NCBI GenBank assembly: GCA_963665815.1
Contig: OY762463.1
Span: 288,001 to 352,000, forward strand
DNA length: 64,000 bases
Reading direction: 5' to 3'
From: Candidatus Cloacimonadales bacterium
GTDB lineage: Bacteria; Cloacimonadota; Cloacimonadia; Cloacimonadales; JAIOQZ01
Below are positions 1-9,600 of the stretch, in pieces (position 1 is the first letter of the stretch; the number at the start of each line of letters is the position of its first letter). A program made the position numbers and the translations under genes. The notes below the pieces were generated by a model. It made no database searches and had not been told where the DNA came from. It saw only the letters and a program-made list of their open reading frames with translations.

Positions 1-1
1 T

Positions 2-676
2 ATTATTTTTTTCCCTGTAGTATATGGAACGACATACAGATTCATCTTTAATAACCTTTTAAAGCTTCCTGAAGCAAAATCCTTGAAAACAATTACCGCA
101 TGTACTTATGGAGGATATGCTCCGGGATTGATGGAAACTGTAAATGGAATTTTGTCTTCAAAGGGTTATTATATACTGCAGAGCCATAAATTGAAAACTG
201 CTTCCATATTCAAGAAACAAGATATATCTGAAGATGATCTAAGATTAGTTGATGAATGTAGCAGATTTTTATGCAATTCTTTGCAAGAAGTTGTAAGTAT
301 AAGATATACAGTAAGCTCAAAGGATAGTTGTTCAGATTCTGAATATTCAGAAGACATTGAACTATGGGAAAACCTGCATAAAAGTATATCAATTGATATT
401 GATAGAGATAAATGTATAAAATGCGGTAAATGTATTGAGCTTTGTCCTACTGCCAGCATTGAAAATCGAAGTTTTAACATAAATTTTCAGGGATGCGATC
501 TCTGCTTCAGGTGTTTTCTGTACTGTCCTGTTAATGCATTTTCCATTAAGGGACTTGACATTTTTAGAAACACATTGTTTACAGGTAATGAAATAAATTA
601 TTCCTATGGATATACCAATGAAGACAAAAAAGAAGCAAAGCAAAGTAAAAAAGAAACACAAAAGATCACCATTTGA
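2..676 (+). CDS. EFR1-like flavodoxin/4Fe-4S ferredoxin protein, 5'-truncated by the window edge
   Basis: Frame is open from position 2 (IIFFPVVYG...TITACTYGG, flavodoxin-like). Two CxxCxxCxxxCP motifs follow (CIKCGKCIELCP, CDLCFRCFLYCP). Confidence 0.75.
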   Translation: MIFFPVVYGTTYRFIFNNLLKLPEAKSLKTITACTYGGYAPGLMETVNGILSSKGYYILQSHKLKTASIFKKQDISEDDLRLVDECSRFLCNSLQEVVSIRYTVSSKDSCSDSEYSEDIELWENLHKSISIDIDRDKCIKCGKCIELCPTASIENRSFNINFQGCDLCFRCFLYCPVNAFSIKGLDIFRNTLFTGNEINYSYGYTNEDKKEAKQSKKETQKITI

Positions 677-950
677 CGTATTTGAGAAGTTTAAGATAAT
701 CAGGTTCTTCAGAAGTTATGGATATACAGATAAAAATAATACAGTTGAGCTGAATGATCTTAAGGATTTCAAAGGCTATGTGCTGAAAGTACTGATCCAG
801 AAAGAAATTTTGAACACTAAAGATGGAAGACACTATTATATGAGAGAAAAAGCGGCTAATGCGTTTGTTAAGAAAAGAATGAATGCTTTTATCAAATTCT
901 CAGCCGGATTGATATTCTTTGTGACTATATTAATATGGGCAATGAAGTAA
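606..950 (+). CDS. small hypothetical protein with C-terminal TM helix
   Basis: 114-aa ORF with a basic N-terminus and hydrophobic C-terminus, overlapping its neighbours. Confidence 0.55.
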   Translation: MDIPMKTKKKQSKVKKKHKRSPFDVFEKFKIIRFFRSYGYTDKNNTVELNDLKDFKGYVLKVLIQKEILNTKDGRHYYMREKAANAFVKKRMNAFIKFSAGLIFFVTILIWAMK

Positions 951-2032
951 AGAAAATCCTGACAGGTCTGCTTCTTCTGCAGATTTTATTTCAGTTTGTA
1001 TCTTTACATGCAGCTGAAGATGAAAATGAGTTAAAGAAGACAATAGTCCCGGTCCTAATGTATTCTAACAGTGCAGGTTTGGGAAGTGGAGCTTATGTTA
1101 TGCTCAGAAGAAACTATAAAAAAACTTTCAAATTGGATAAATATTCTTTAGCAGGGATTTTCACTACAGAAAAGCAGATAATGACATTTGCTTCTCTTGA
1201 TAAGTATATCATGCAAAGCTTCAAGATGAAGGCAAGAATTTCATACAGAGATAAGCCTTCTACAATATACTTGCCCGGACATAATTCAACGTTTACAGAC
1301 CATGCTGATTACAATTTGCAGGAGTTCAGTATATCTTTGTATCCTACGATAGAAAAAGGTATATTTGAAGTTGGTCCAGCTGTTAACTATTCCTTGTTTG
1401 ATATTTCGGAAAGAGAAGAAGATAGAGAATATATCTTTGACTGTATAGATGGTTCCGATGATTATGTATTGTTTGGATATGGAACAAGAATATCAGCGGA
1501 CACAAGAGATAATGATAATTACCCTTTAACCGGATATTATTGGGAAACTGAATTTTTGAATTTTGATAAATCGCTTTATGGTGATTTTAGTTTTCAAGTT
1601 TTTGAATCTGATCTCAGGTATTTCTTTAATATCTCAGGAATTGTAATTGCTTCACAGTATTACTCCAAATTGACCTGGGGAGAAACTCCTGTACATAAAA
1701 TGCCGTCAATGGGATCAAATGATATCATGCGAGGTATATCGTCAAAAAGATATAAAGATATGGATATGATGGTTTTTCAATCAGAAATTAGATATCCGCT
1801 TTTCAGAAAATTTTCAGGAACGATTTTTGCAGGAATAGGGAACGTTGCTTCAAAAATTGAAAACCTTGAGATAGGAACATTGAAAGTCGCTTTTGGAATG
1901 GGATTACGTTATGCTGTTTCTTCTGACGATCGATTAAACCTTCGTCTTGATATGGGTTCTAATAATAGAGTTTCAAGCAATAAAGATGATGATTTGTTCA
2001 ATATCTATTTTTCAATAGGTGAAGCTTTTTAA
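935..2032 (+). CDS. Omp85/BamA-TamA family beta-barrel without POTRA domains
   Basis: Signal peptide; DTRDNDNYPLTG, MRG...RY.D, GLRY...LNLRLD motifs; C-terminal GEAF. Confidence 0.8.
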   Translation: MGNEVKKILTGLLLLQILFQFVSLHAAEDENELKKTIVPVLMYSNSAGLGSGAYVMLRRNYKKTFKLDKYSLAGIFTTEKQIMTFASLDKYIMQSFKMKARISYRDKPSTIYLPGHNSTFTDHADYNLQEFSISLYPTIEKGIFEVGPAVNYSLFDISEREEDREYIFDCIDGSDDYVLFGYGTRISADTRDNDNYPLTGYYWETEFLNFDKSLYGDFSFQVFESDLRYFFNISGIVIASQYYSKLTWGETPVHKMPSMGSNDIMRGISSKRYKDMDMMVFQSEIRYPLFRKFSGTIFAGIGNVASKIENLEIGTLKVAFGMGLRYAVSSDDRLNLRLDMGSNNRVSSNKDDDLFNIYFSIGEAF

Positions 2033-2064
2033 ATGTTTATATAAACTAAAATCTTGGTATATTT

Positions 2065-5000
2065 ATGAAAAAACAGGAAGCCGTAGAAAAGAAGTTCATT
2101 AGTCTGCAGACAAAATTCAGCTTACAGGCAGCAATGATCACAATTATTGTTGCAGCAATAATTACTGCCAGTCTGTACCTTAATACAAGGTATCAGTTTC
2201 GTAAGGATGTATGGGAACGTCTGCATGATGTAACTGCCGTGGCTTCTATGCATATTGTACCAGATGATTTCAAGTCAATTATGCACCCCAAGCAGGAGTT
2301 AACTCATTACAACCATGTAAAAAACAAGTTAAGTGAGCTGGAAAAAGCCGGAACGGAAATTAACTCTGTGTATCTGATAAAAGTAAAGGAAAGTACTTTA
2401 TACTATGTAATCAGCGATTCTATTGAAGCATTACAGAGATCTCATTTAAGTGGAAAGAGAGATATTGAATACAAGATATGGAAGCATTTCTCAGAAACAC
2501 ACGAAACTGACATAAAGAACTACTTTTTTAATGATGCTGCCGGTGCCTGGCTAACGGGTTATGCAGCAATTACGAAGGGTGAAAAACTAATAGGACTGTT
2601 TGCAATAGAACTTGATGCTCATGAGATTATTATGAGAGAAAAGAAAATTATCTTTATTGCTCTGTTTATATTTGCCTGTACAATTCCTTTATCGTTGTTT
2701 CTTGGTTGGTATAGAGGAAAAAAACTTACAGCTCCTTTAACAATGCTCAGGGAATCTGCAGAAAATATATCCAAGCATCATATTGAGGAGGTAGAAGCTA
2801 TTGAGTCAAATGACGAGATAGGGGAGCTTTCTTCTGCCTTTCAGATGATGGCAAAACAGTTAAAGCTGAGTTTTGAGAAAATTGAGAATCAGAATAGATT
2901 TTTGCGTCAGGAAATTGACGAAAGGAAAATGGTAGAGTCGCAACTTAAAGAATATCGGGCAAAACTGGAAAATCTGGTTGAGCGAAGAACTGCCGATTTG
3001 ATGGAAAATCAAAGAATATTGTCAACTCTGCTCTCTAACCTTCAGGGTATAGCGTACAGAAGAAATATGGATGAAAACTGGACAATGCTTTTTACAAGTG
3101 AAGGTTTGTATTATGTCACGGGGTATTCACCTGAAGAAATGGTAGGTGGAAAAGGAATGTCATTTAAATCTATTATTCTTGATGAGGATTTACCGGAACT
3201 TGAAAAAAAAATTATTAAAGCTGTTGAAAATAATCTTCCATTTGAACATAATTATCGAGTAAAAACTAAAGATAATCAGATTGTCTGGGTATGGGAACAG
3301 GGAAGAGCTATATATGACGACTCAGGTAAAGTCAGAACAATTGAAGGTTTTATTACGGATATCAATGATTTGAAAAAAGCAGAGGATGCTTTGATAGATT
3401 CAGAAAAGAAATACAGAATTCTTGTTGAGGATATCAATGATGTAATCTTCTCTATTGATTCGGATACAGCATTAACATACATCAGTCCTCACTTCAAAAT
3501 ATTGACCGGAGTTGATCCTGCTAACGCTATAGGCTACAGATTAACAGAGTTTGTTTATGAAGAAGATTTACCTATTTTGATGGAAACAATTGAAGAAACC
3601 CTTTACGGAGAGCTCAATGCTGATACTGAGTTCAGGATAAAGACAGTTAAAGGTGATCCTATATGGATTCATTTCCGTGGAAGGAATGAAATTGCTGATG
3701 GTAAATTTGAAGGAATGCGTGGAGTTTTCTCAGATATCTCTGAACGGAAACAGGTTGAAGAGGATCTCAGGCATGCTAAAGAAGAGGCTGATGAAGCAAA
3801 TAGAACAAAAAGTATATTCCTGGCAAATATGAGTCATGAGATTAGAACACCTATGAATGCAATTCTTGGTTTCACGGAGGTTCTTGAAGGAAAAATTAAA
3901 GATGAGACTCAGCTTGGTTACTTGAAGTCTATTTCTGCCAGCGGTAAAAATCTGTTGGGATTGATTAATGATATTCTGGACCTCTCAAAGATTGAAGTCG
4001 GTAAAATTGTACTGAATTATGATGTTCTTCATATTGAAACGTTAATGGAAGAACTCAAACAGATTTTCAAATGGAAGATAGAACAGAAAGAACTTGAATA
4101 TATATACGAAAAACAGGATAGCGTTCCGGAATCAATATTCTTTGATGAAATCAGATTAAGACAAATTCTTATGAATCTCATTGGAAATGCCATTAAGTTT
4201 ACTGATGTGGGGCATATTAAAATATCATTATCTACTGAACAGAAGAGAGAAAAGCGTTGTAAGCTGGTATTTGAAATAATTGATACAGGGATTGGAATTG
4301 AAGAGAACCAGCATTCCAGAATTTTTGAAGCTTTCAGACAGAAATCAGGACAGAATGAAGCAAAATATGGAGGAACCGGATTAGGTTTATCTATCACTAA
4401 GAAATTAGTTGAGTTGATGGGTGGAACAATTTCTCTGACAAGTCAAGTCAATGAAGGAAGCTGTTTCAGAATAGAGTTTCCTGATGTAGAAATGAGAGAT
4501 AATAATGTCGTTAAGACAAAGACCAATGTTGATCCATCAATGATAGAGTTTGAAGAGGCTACTATTCTTATTGTTGATGATGTTGAACTTAACAGATCTC
4601 TTATTATGAGTTTACTGGAGAAGCATCATTTCAAGATGCTGGAAGCAACCAATGGTAAAGAGGCAATAGAAAAAGCTTTTGATTATAAACCTGATTTAAT
4701 ATTCATGGATATGAAAATGAACATTATGAATGGTTATGAAGCAACTAAGTTCATAAAAGATGATGATGAACTTAAGAATATTCCGGTTGTTGCTGTAACA
4801 GCTTTTGCTATGAAGGGTGAAGAAAAAAGAATCTATGATGTAGGATGCGATGACATCATTTTTAAGCCTGTGTCAAATCTTGGATTGATTCTTGCTATGA
4901 TGAAGTATATTCCTTATACTGAAATTGATACGATAATTGAGGAAGATGTCAGCAATGCCGATATCAATGAAGAAATTTCAAAAGAAGTATTGGAGAAACT

Positions 5001-5268
5001 ACCTGAACTTGTTAAAATGATTAATTCCGATTTAATGAAAGATTGGGAAAGTCTCAACCAGACTCCAATAATCAGTAAAATGCAGGAGTTTGCCGGAAAG
5101 ATTCAGCTTGTCGGAGAAGATTATGGTCTTGCTTTTCTGAAGAAATGGGGAGATACTCTCGTTAATCAGGCTCAGAACTTCGATGTTGAGAATCTGCATA
5201 AAACTTTCGATAAGTTTCCTGATATGATTCAGAAAATAAAAGTTTTAAGTTTAATTAGTGATTCTTAG
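2065..5268 (+). CDS. hybrid sensor histidine kinase (TM-HAMP-PAS-PAS-HisKA-HATPase-REC)
   Basis: FLANMSHEIRTPMN H-box, NLIGNAIKFT N-box, DTGIGI, GGTGLGL, receiver ILIVDD...DLIFMD. Confidence 0.95.
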   Translation: MKKQEAVEKKFISLQTKFSLQAAMITIIVAAIITASLYLNTRYQFRKDVWERLHDVTAVASMHIVPDDFKSIMHPKQELTHYNHVKNKLSELEKAGTEINSVYLIKVKESTLYYVISDSIEALQRSHLSGKRDIEYKIWKHFSETHETDIKNYFFNDAAGAWLTGYAAITKGEKLIGLFAIELDAHEIIMREKKIIFIALFIFACTIPLSLFLGWYRGKKLTAPLTMLRESAENISKHHIEEVEAIESNDEIGELSSAFQMMAKQLKLSFEKIENQNRFLRQEIDERKMVESQLKEYRAKLENLVERRTADLMENQRILSTLLSNLQGIAYRRNMDENWTMLFTSEGLYYVTGYSPEEMVGGKGMSFKSIILDEDLPELEKKIIKAVENNLPFEHNYRVKTKDNQIVWVWEQGRAIYDDSGKVRTIEGFITDINDLKKAEDALIDSEKKYRILVEDINDVIFSIDSDTALTYISPHFKILTGVDPANAIGYRLTEFVYEEDLPILMETIEETLYGELNADTEFRIKTVKGDPIWIHFRGRNEIADGKFEGMRGVFSDISERKQVEEDLRHAKEEADEANRTKSIFLANMSHEIRTPMNAILGFTEVLEGKIKDETQLGYLKSISASGKNLLGLINDILDLSKIEVGKIVLNYDVLHIETLMEELKQIFKWKIEQKELEYIYEKQDSVPESIFFDEIRLRQILMNLIGNAIKFTDVGHIKISLSTEQKREKRCKLVFEIIDTGIGIEENQHSRIFEAFRQKSGQNEAKYGGTGLGLSITKKLVELMGGTISLTSQVNEGSCFRIEFPDVEMRDNNVVKTKTNVDPSMIEFEEATILIVDDVELNRSLIMSLLEKHHFKMLEATNGKEAIEKAFDYKPDLIFMDMKMNIMNGYEATKFIKDDDELKNIPVVAVTAFAMKGEEKRIYDVGCDDIIFKPVSNLGLILAMMKYIPYTEIDTIIEEDVSNADINEEISKEVLEKLPELVKMINSDLMKDWESLNQTPIISKMQEFAGKIQLVGEDYGLAFLKKWGDTLVNQAQNFDVENLHKTFDKFPDMIQKIKVLSLISDS

Positions 5269-5278
5269 AAGGATAATA

Positions 5279-6223
5279 ATGAAGAAAATATTTTTTATTT
5301 TGTTTGCCGTTTTTACTCTGTTTTCCTGCAAAAATACCATAACAGGTAATATTGTGGATGGAGAAGGTAAGCTTCATTTTGTAACTGAATACAACAATGG
5401 AAACTACTTCGATAAAGTAGCCATAAGTGATGAGTATATTCTGGCTAATGATTCAGGGGACGGATTGTCACTGTTTTACGAACCTAATTCATCATCTATT
5501 TCATTTCTCCATAAACTGTATGCTGATGCAGAGTCTGTTTTTTTCTTTGAGAACAGGTTTGTTGTATATTATAGTGGAGCACTTCATTATTACGAAATAA
5601 ACAGCTCAAATGATTCTGAATACATTACATCATATCCAATAGGAAGTATCAAGAAAGTGGAAAAATATGGAAATGACTTTTTTCTTCTTGGAACTAATGG
5701 GGATATCAGCAGAATACGTCTCTATGATGAAGAGTTTACTCTTATTTCTGAATATCCAATGTCTGATGCTGCTGTTGATATGGTTCTGATATATCCTGTT
5801 CTGGCAGTTGTTGATGATTTCTTCATTAACATTTTTGATATTTCAAATTCTGATTTCCTGAACCTTGAGCATACAACTGCTTTTATAGGAGCAAAAGCCA
5901 TAGATGGATACAATGATAACTTATTCATTGCATCTGATATTGGTATTAAGCATTTTACACTGAATGATGATCAGGTACTTCAGGAAGTTAAAACTAAGGT
6001 TATCGGAAACAACTATACAAAGATCATTGTAGAATATCCTGAGATATATTGTGCTAACGGTTCCGGTGGAATTGATCTGCTCACAATCACATCTGGGTCA
6101 ATAGATTTTGTAGAAACATATGATTCAAGCGGAATTGTAGAGGATATTGCAGTAAAGGGAAGCTATGTATATATGGCAACCGGATATAATGGCATAGTAA
6201 AACTTAAATATAACTATTATTAG
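5279..6223 (+). CDS. lipoprotein with LVIVD-like beta-propeller repeats
   Basis: Lipobox TLFSC after ATG 5279; repeats such as DIAVKGSYVYMATGYNGI and EIYCANGSGGIDLL. Confidence 0.65.
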   Translation: MKKIFFILFAVFTLFSCKNTITGNIVDGEGKLHFVTEYNNGNYFDKVAISDEYILANDSGDGLSLFYEPNSSSISFLHKLYADAESVFFFENRFVVYYSGALHYYEINSSNDSEYITSYPIGSIKKVEKYGNDFFLLGTNGDISRIRLYDEEFTLISEYPMSDAAVDMVLIYPVLAVVDDFFINIFDISNSDFLNLEHTTAFIGAKAIDGYNDNLFIASDIGIKHFTLNDDQVLQEVKTKVIGNNYTKIIVEYPEIYCANGSGGIDLLTITSGSIDFVETYDSSGIVEDIAVKGSYVYMATGYNGIVKLKYNYY

Positions 6224-6235
6224 AAAGGTAAAAGC

Positions 6236-6685
6236 ATGAGCGATGTAAAACTCACTGATTTAATGTCAAAGACTCATCCATCAAAAATGGAGACTTTGAT
6301 TAAGACAACTATTTTTGCGGTAATTATTATTTTCTTTTTAATATTTCCTGTAATTGTGCTGTCTCAGTGTTCTCAAAGTAAAATTCTGAATAGTGTTGAA
6401 ATTGTCGACTGGACTACTGAAGAAGACTACGATACAATGATTATTAACTTCAAAATATATAATGGCACTGATTTAAGAATCACGGAGCTGAATGTCAGAA
6501 TAGAGTATGAAGATGGTTCATTTGAGCACATTGGACTTGATAGTAATAAGCAGATAAGTATTGATCCGGATTATACAGAAAACTTGTTTTTGGCAAAACC
6601 TGTTTCACAGGAGATTATTGAAATAGTAATAAGCAAGGTTGGCGGATTCAGAGGTGATTCACATTTCATGTACATAAGAAAATAA
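6236..6685 (+). CDS. membrane-anchored hypothetical protein
   Basis: 149-aa ORF with RBS, one TM helix and a beta-rich domain. Confidence 0.6.
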   Translation: MSDVKLTDLMSKTHPSKMETLIKTTIFAVIIIFFLIFPVIVLSQCSQSKILNSVEIVDWTTEEDYDTMIINFKIYNGTDLRITELNVRIEYEDGSFEHIGLDSNKQISIDPDYTENLFLAKPVSQEIIEIVISKVGGFRGDSHFMYIRK

Positions 6686-6695
6686 AGGAGGGTAT

Positions 6696-9600
6696 ATGCC
6701 GAAAATTTTCAGGGCGGTAATAATCGGTATACTGTACTTAATTCTAACAATTTCTTCGCTATATGGCAGTTTTGAGGTTCTTATTGAGAGTAATCAGCAG
6801 TTGTCAGTAAAATTCAAATTACCTGATTACACAATTGATGAAAACAGGAGGATCCTGTTCGAAAATAATCCTGAGCCTGATGTTGATCTTCAGCAGATGT
6901 TTGGCTTTTATGCTTATATACCAACAAATTGTGAGTATACGATAACTCATGAAGTAACTTCCCGTGAGAAGATGGACTTTATTGCAGAGCAGGATAAAAA
7001 TGATCCTGTTTTTATTTCTATGGATGGCTATTCCAGAGATCACAGAATGATATTAGTGAATGTAAATCCTCTATATGTAAATGAAGATGCATCATATGTC
7101 AATGAAGAAGTGATTATCAATCTTTCTTTTACCCTGTCATCAGAGTTTACTGAGGGGGCGAATAACCACGAGTCATATAGCTTTGATCAATATGTCAGAT
7201 CTTTGGTGATTAACAGAAATACGTTGCAATCAAACACTTCACAAAGAGGATCATACCTGATAATTCATCCGGATAATTTTTCTGTTACTACCGATATGTC
7301 TGATTTTATATTATGGAAGAAGATGAAAGGTCTTGAGGTGCACACTCGGGCTTTCAGCAGTAATTCAGCAAATACAGAAATACTCCAGTATATAAGAAAT
7401 GCTTATAATACATGGGATGTTGCTCCGGAATATGTGTTATTGCTTGGAAATGCTTCAAGCTCATTTGCTGTTCCAACCTGGTATGAAGATTTTGGTAATA
7501 ATATAGTCTATGGAGATCATCCTTATAGTCTGATGAACGACGGAGATATATTTCCAGACCTGCAGATTGGACGAATAACATATGAAAGCGCTGGGCAACT
7601 TCGTTCAATTCTTACTAAAATAATCAATTATGAGTATAAACCTGATCGAGCAGGATCGGACTGGTTTGAAAGATTGCTTCTTGTTGGAGATCATATAGAT
7701 TCTGGTTCTTCAACTGTTTTAACAATGCATTATGTAAATGATATGATGGATGACTTTCCGGTTGATTACTCCTATTCACTTGTATACAATCAACCATACG
7801 TCAATGGTATTCAAAACGCATTGAATAATGGTGTCGGAGCATATTTCTATCGTGGATTCGGGACATTCAGTCACTGGACAGAAACTGACACAGAAAATCT
7901 TCTTAATTACAATATGACACCATTAATATCTGCTATTACATGTTTTACAGGAAATTTTGATCAGGATTATGTTTCTTTTGTTGAGAAATTCCTGCATATC
8001 GGAACTCCGAATACTTCAAAAGGAGCAGTTGCAGCTTTAGGTTCTACTTCTGCAACTCACACATGCTTTAACAATATTATTACTGCCGGTATTGCCAGTT
8101 CATTTTATCAGGACGGGAATTTTAACATTTCTGCCGGACTAAACAAAGGAAAGCTGCAGTTGTATAGAAATTATCCATGGAATCCGGAATACTATGTGGA
8201 TTGGTATACACTTGGTAAAGAGCATTTTGGTGATCCCGAACTTACTTTAAGATGCAAAACTCCCGGCATAATGACATCTGAGCATTCTGATACTGTTTCA
8301 ATACATAACAACTTCTTTACCGGAGTAATAGAAGATGAAAACAGTATTGGTATACCTGATGCCTCTGTTACACTATATGATGCGGCAATAGATTCTTTTT
8401 TTACAGCTATAACAGATGCTAATGGTAATTACCGGATCAGTATAAATATTGATTCACAAACTGATCTGATGTTAACTGCTTTTCATCCTCAGATGATACC
8501 TTATGCAGATACAATATATGTGATTAATGACTATTCTGATATAGATTTAAGAAGCGAATTCACAGATAACATTATATCCGGAACAGTAAACACACTTAGG
8601 TTCAGACTTATTAATAATACAAACTCGGATGTTCAGAACGTTACTGTAAGAGTGTCATGTGATTCTCAGTATGTAAATGTCATTGATTCGGTTATATCCG
8701 TTACAAATTTACCTGCTGTATCGTCATCTGAATATAATGTTAATATTGATCCCGCATTTGCGATTTCAGATGGTGGTTCTCTTATATTGCATACTGAGAT
8801 TGATTATGGAGATGTAACAGAAGCATTTTCACATTCATTCAATGTTGAAAATACGGTTCTTGAGATTGAGAGCATTAATTTGCAGACTATCCCATCTCCT
8901 CAGGCAGATATTGATTTCTCAATTGAACTTGAAAATATCAGTAATATTCCTGTTGATTCGCTGACAATGGAACTTGAAACATTTGATAACAGGATAACAA
9001 TCACAGATAGTATTGCATATTTACAGTATGTACTAGATAATTCAATGATTTTTGTAAATGATAATTTTACATTCAGTTTTAACGATATTTATAATACGGA
9101 AGATTTTCATTTCTATATAAAATTCAGCAATAATAAGGGATTTTATCAGGAATCAGAGTTTGTTGTAGAGAATTTAGATCCTTCTTTAGATCAACCTACA
9201 GGTCCGGATCCTTATGGGTATATTGCAGTTAATAATAATGATGCGGCTGTATACCAGCCTGAAACATATGGCTGGATTGAAATTGATCCAGAAAACGGTG
9301 GTTCCGGAACAGTTCTGGATATGGTCGATTATGATTATGAAGGTTCAGGTGATATGGTGACTGTTCAGTTACCGTTCAGTTTCAGATTTTACGGTGATCT
9401 CTATTACAATTTAAGCATATCTTCAAATGGATTCGTTATGCCGGGTATACACTTCAACTATGGTTGGATGAACAGGACTATTCCCGGTCCAATGGTTCCC
9501 AGACCAATAATTGCTCCTTTCTGGGATGATCTGTTAATCGGAGAAAACTCAAGAATATCTTACTTTGAAGATGATACTAATCACACTTTTATTGTGCAAT

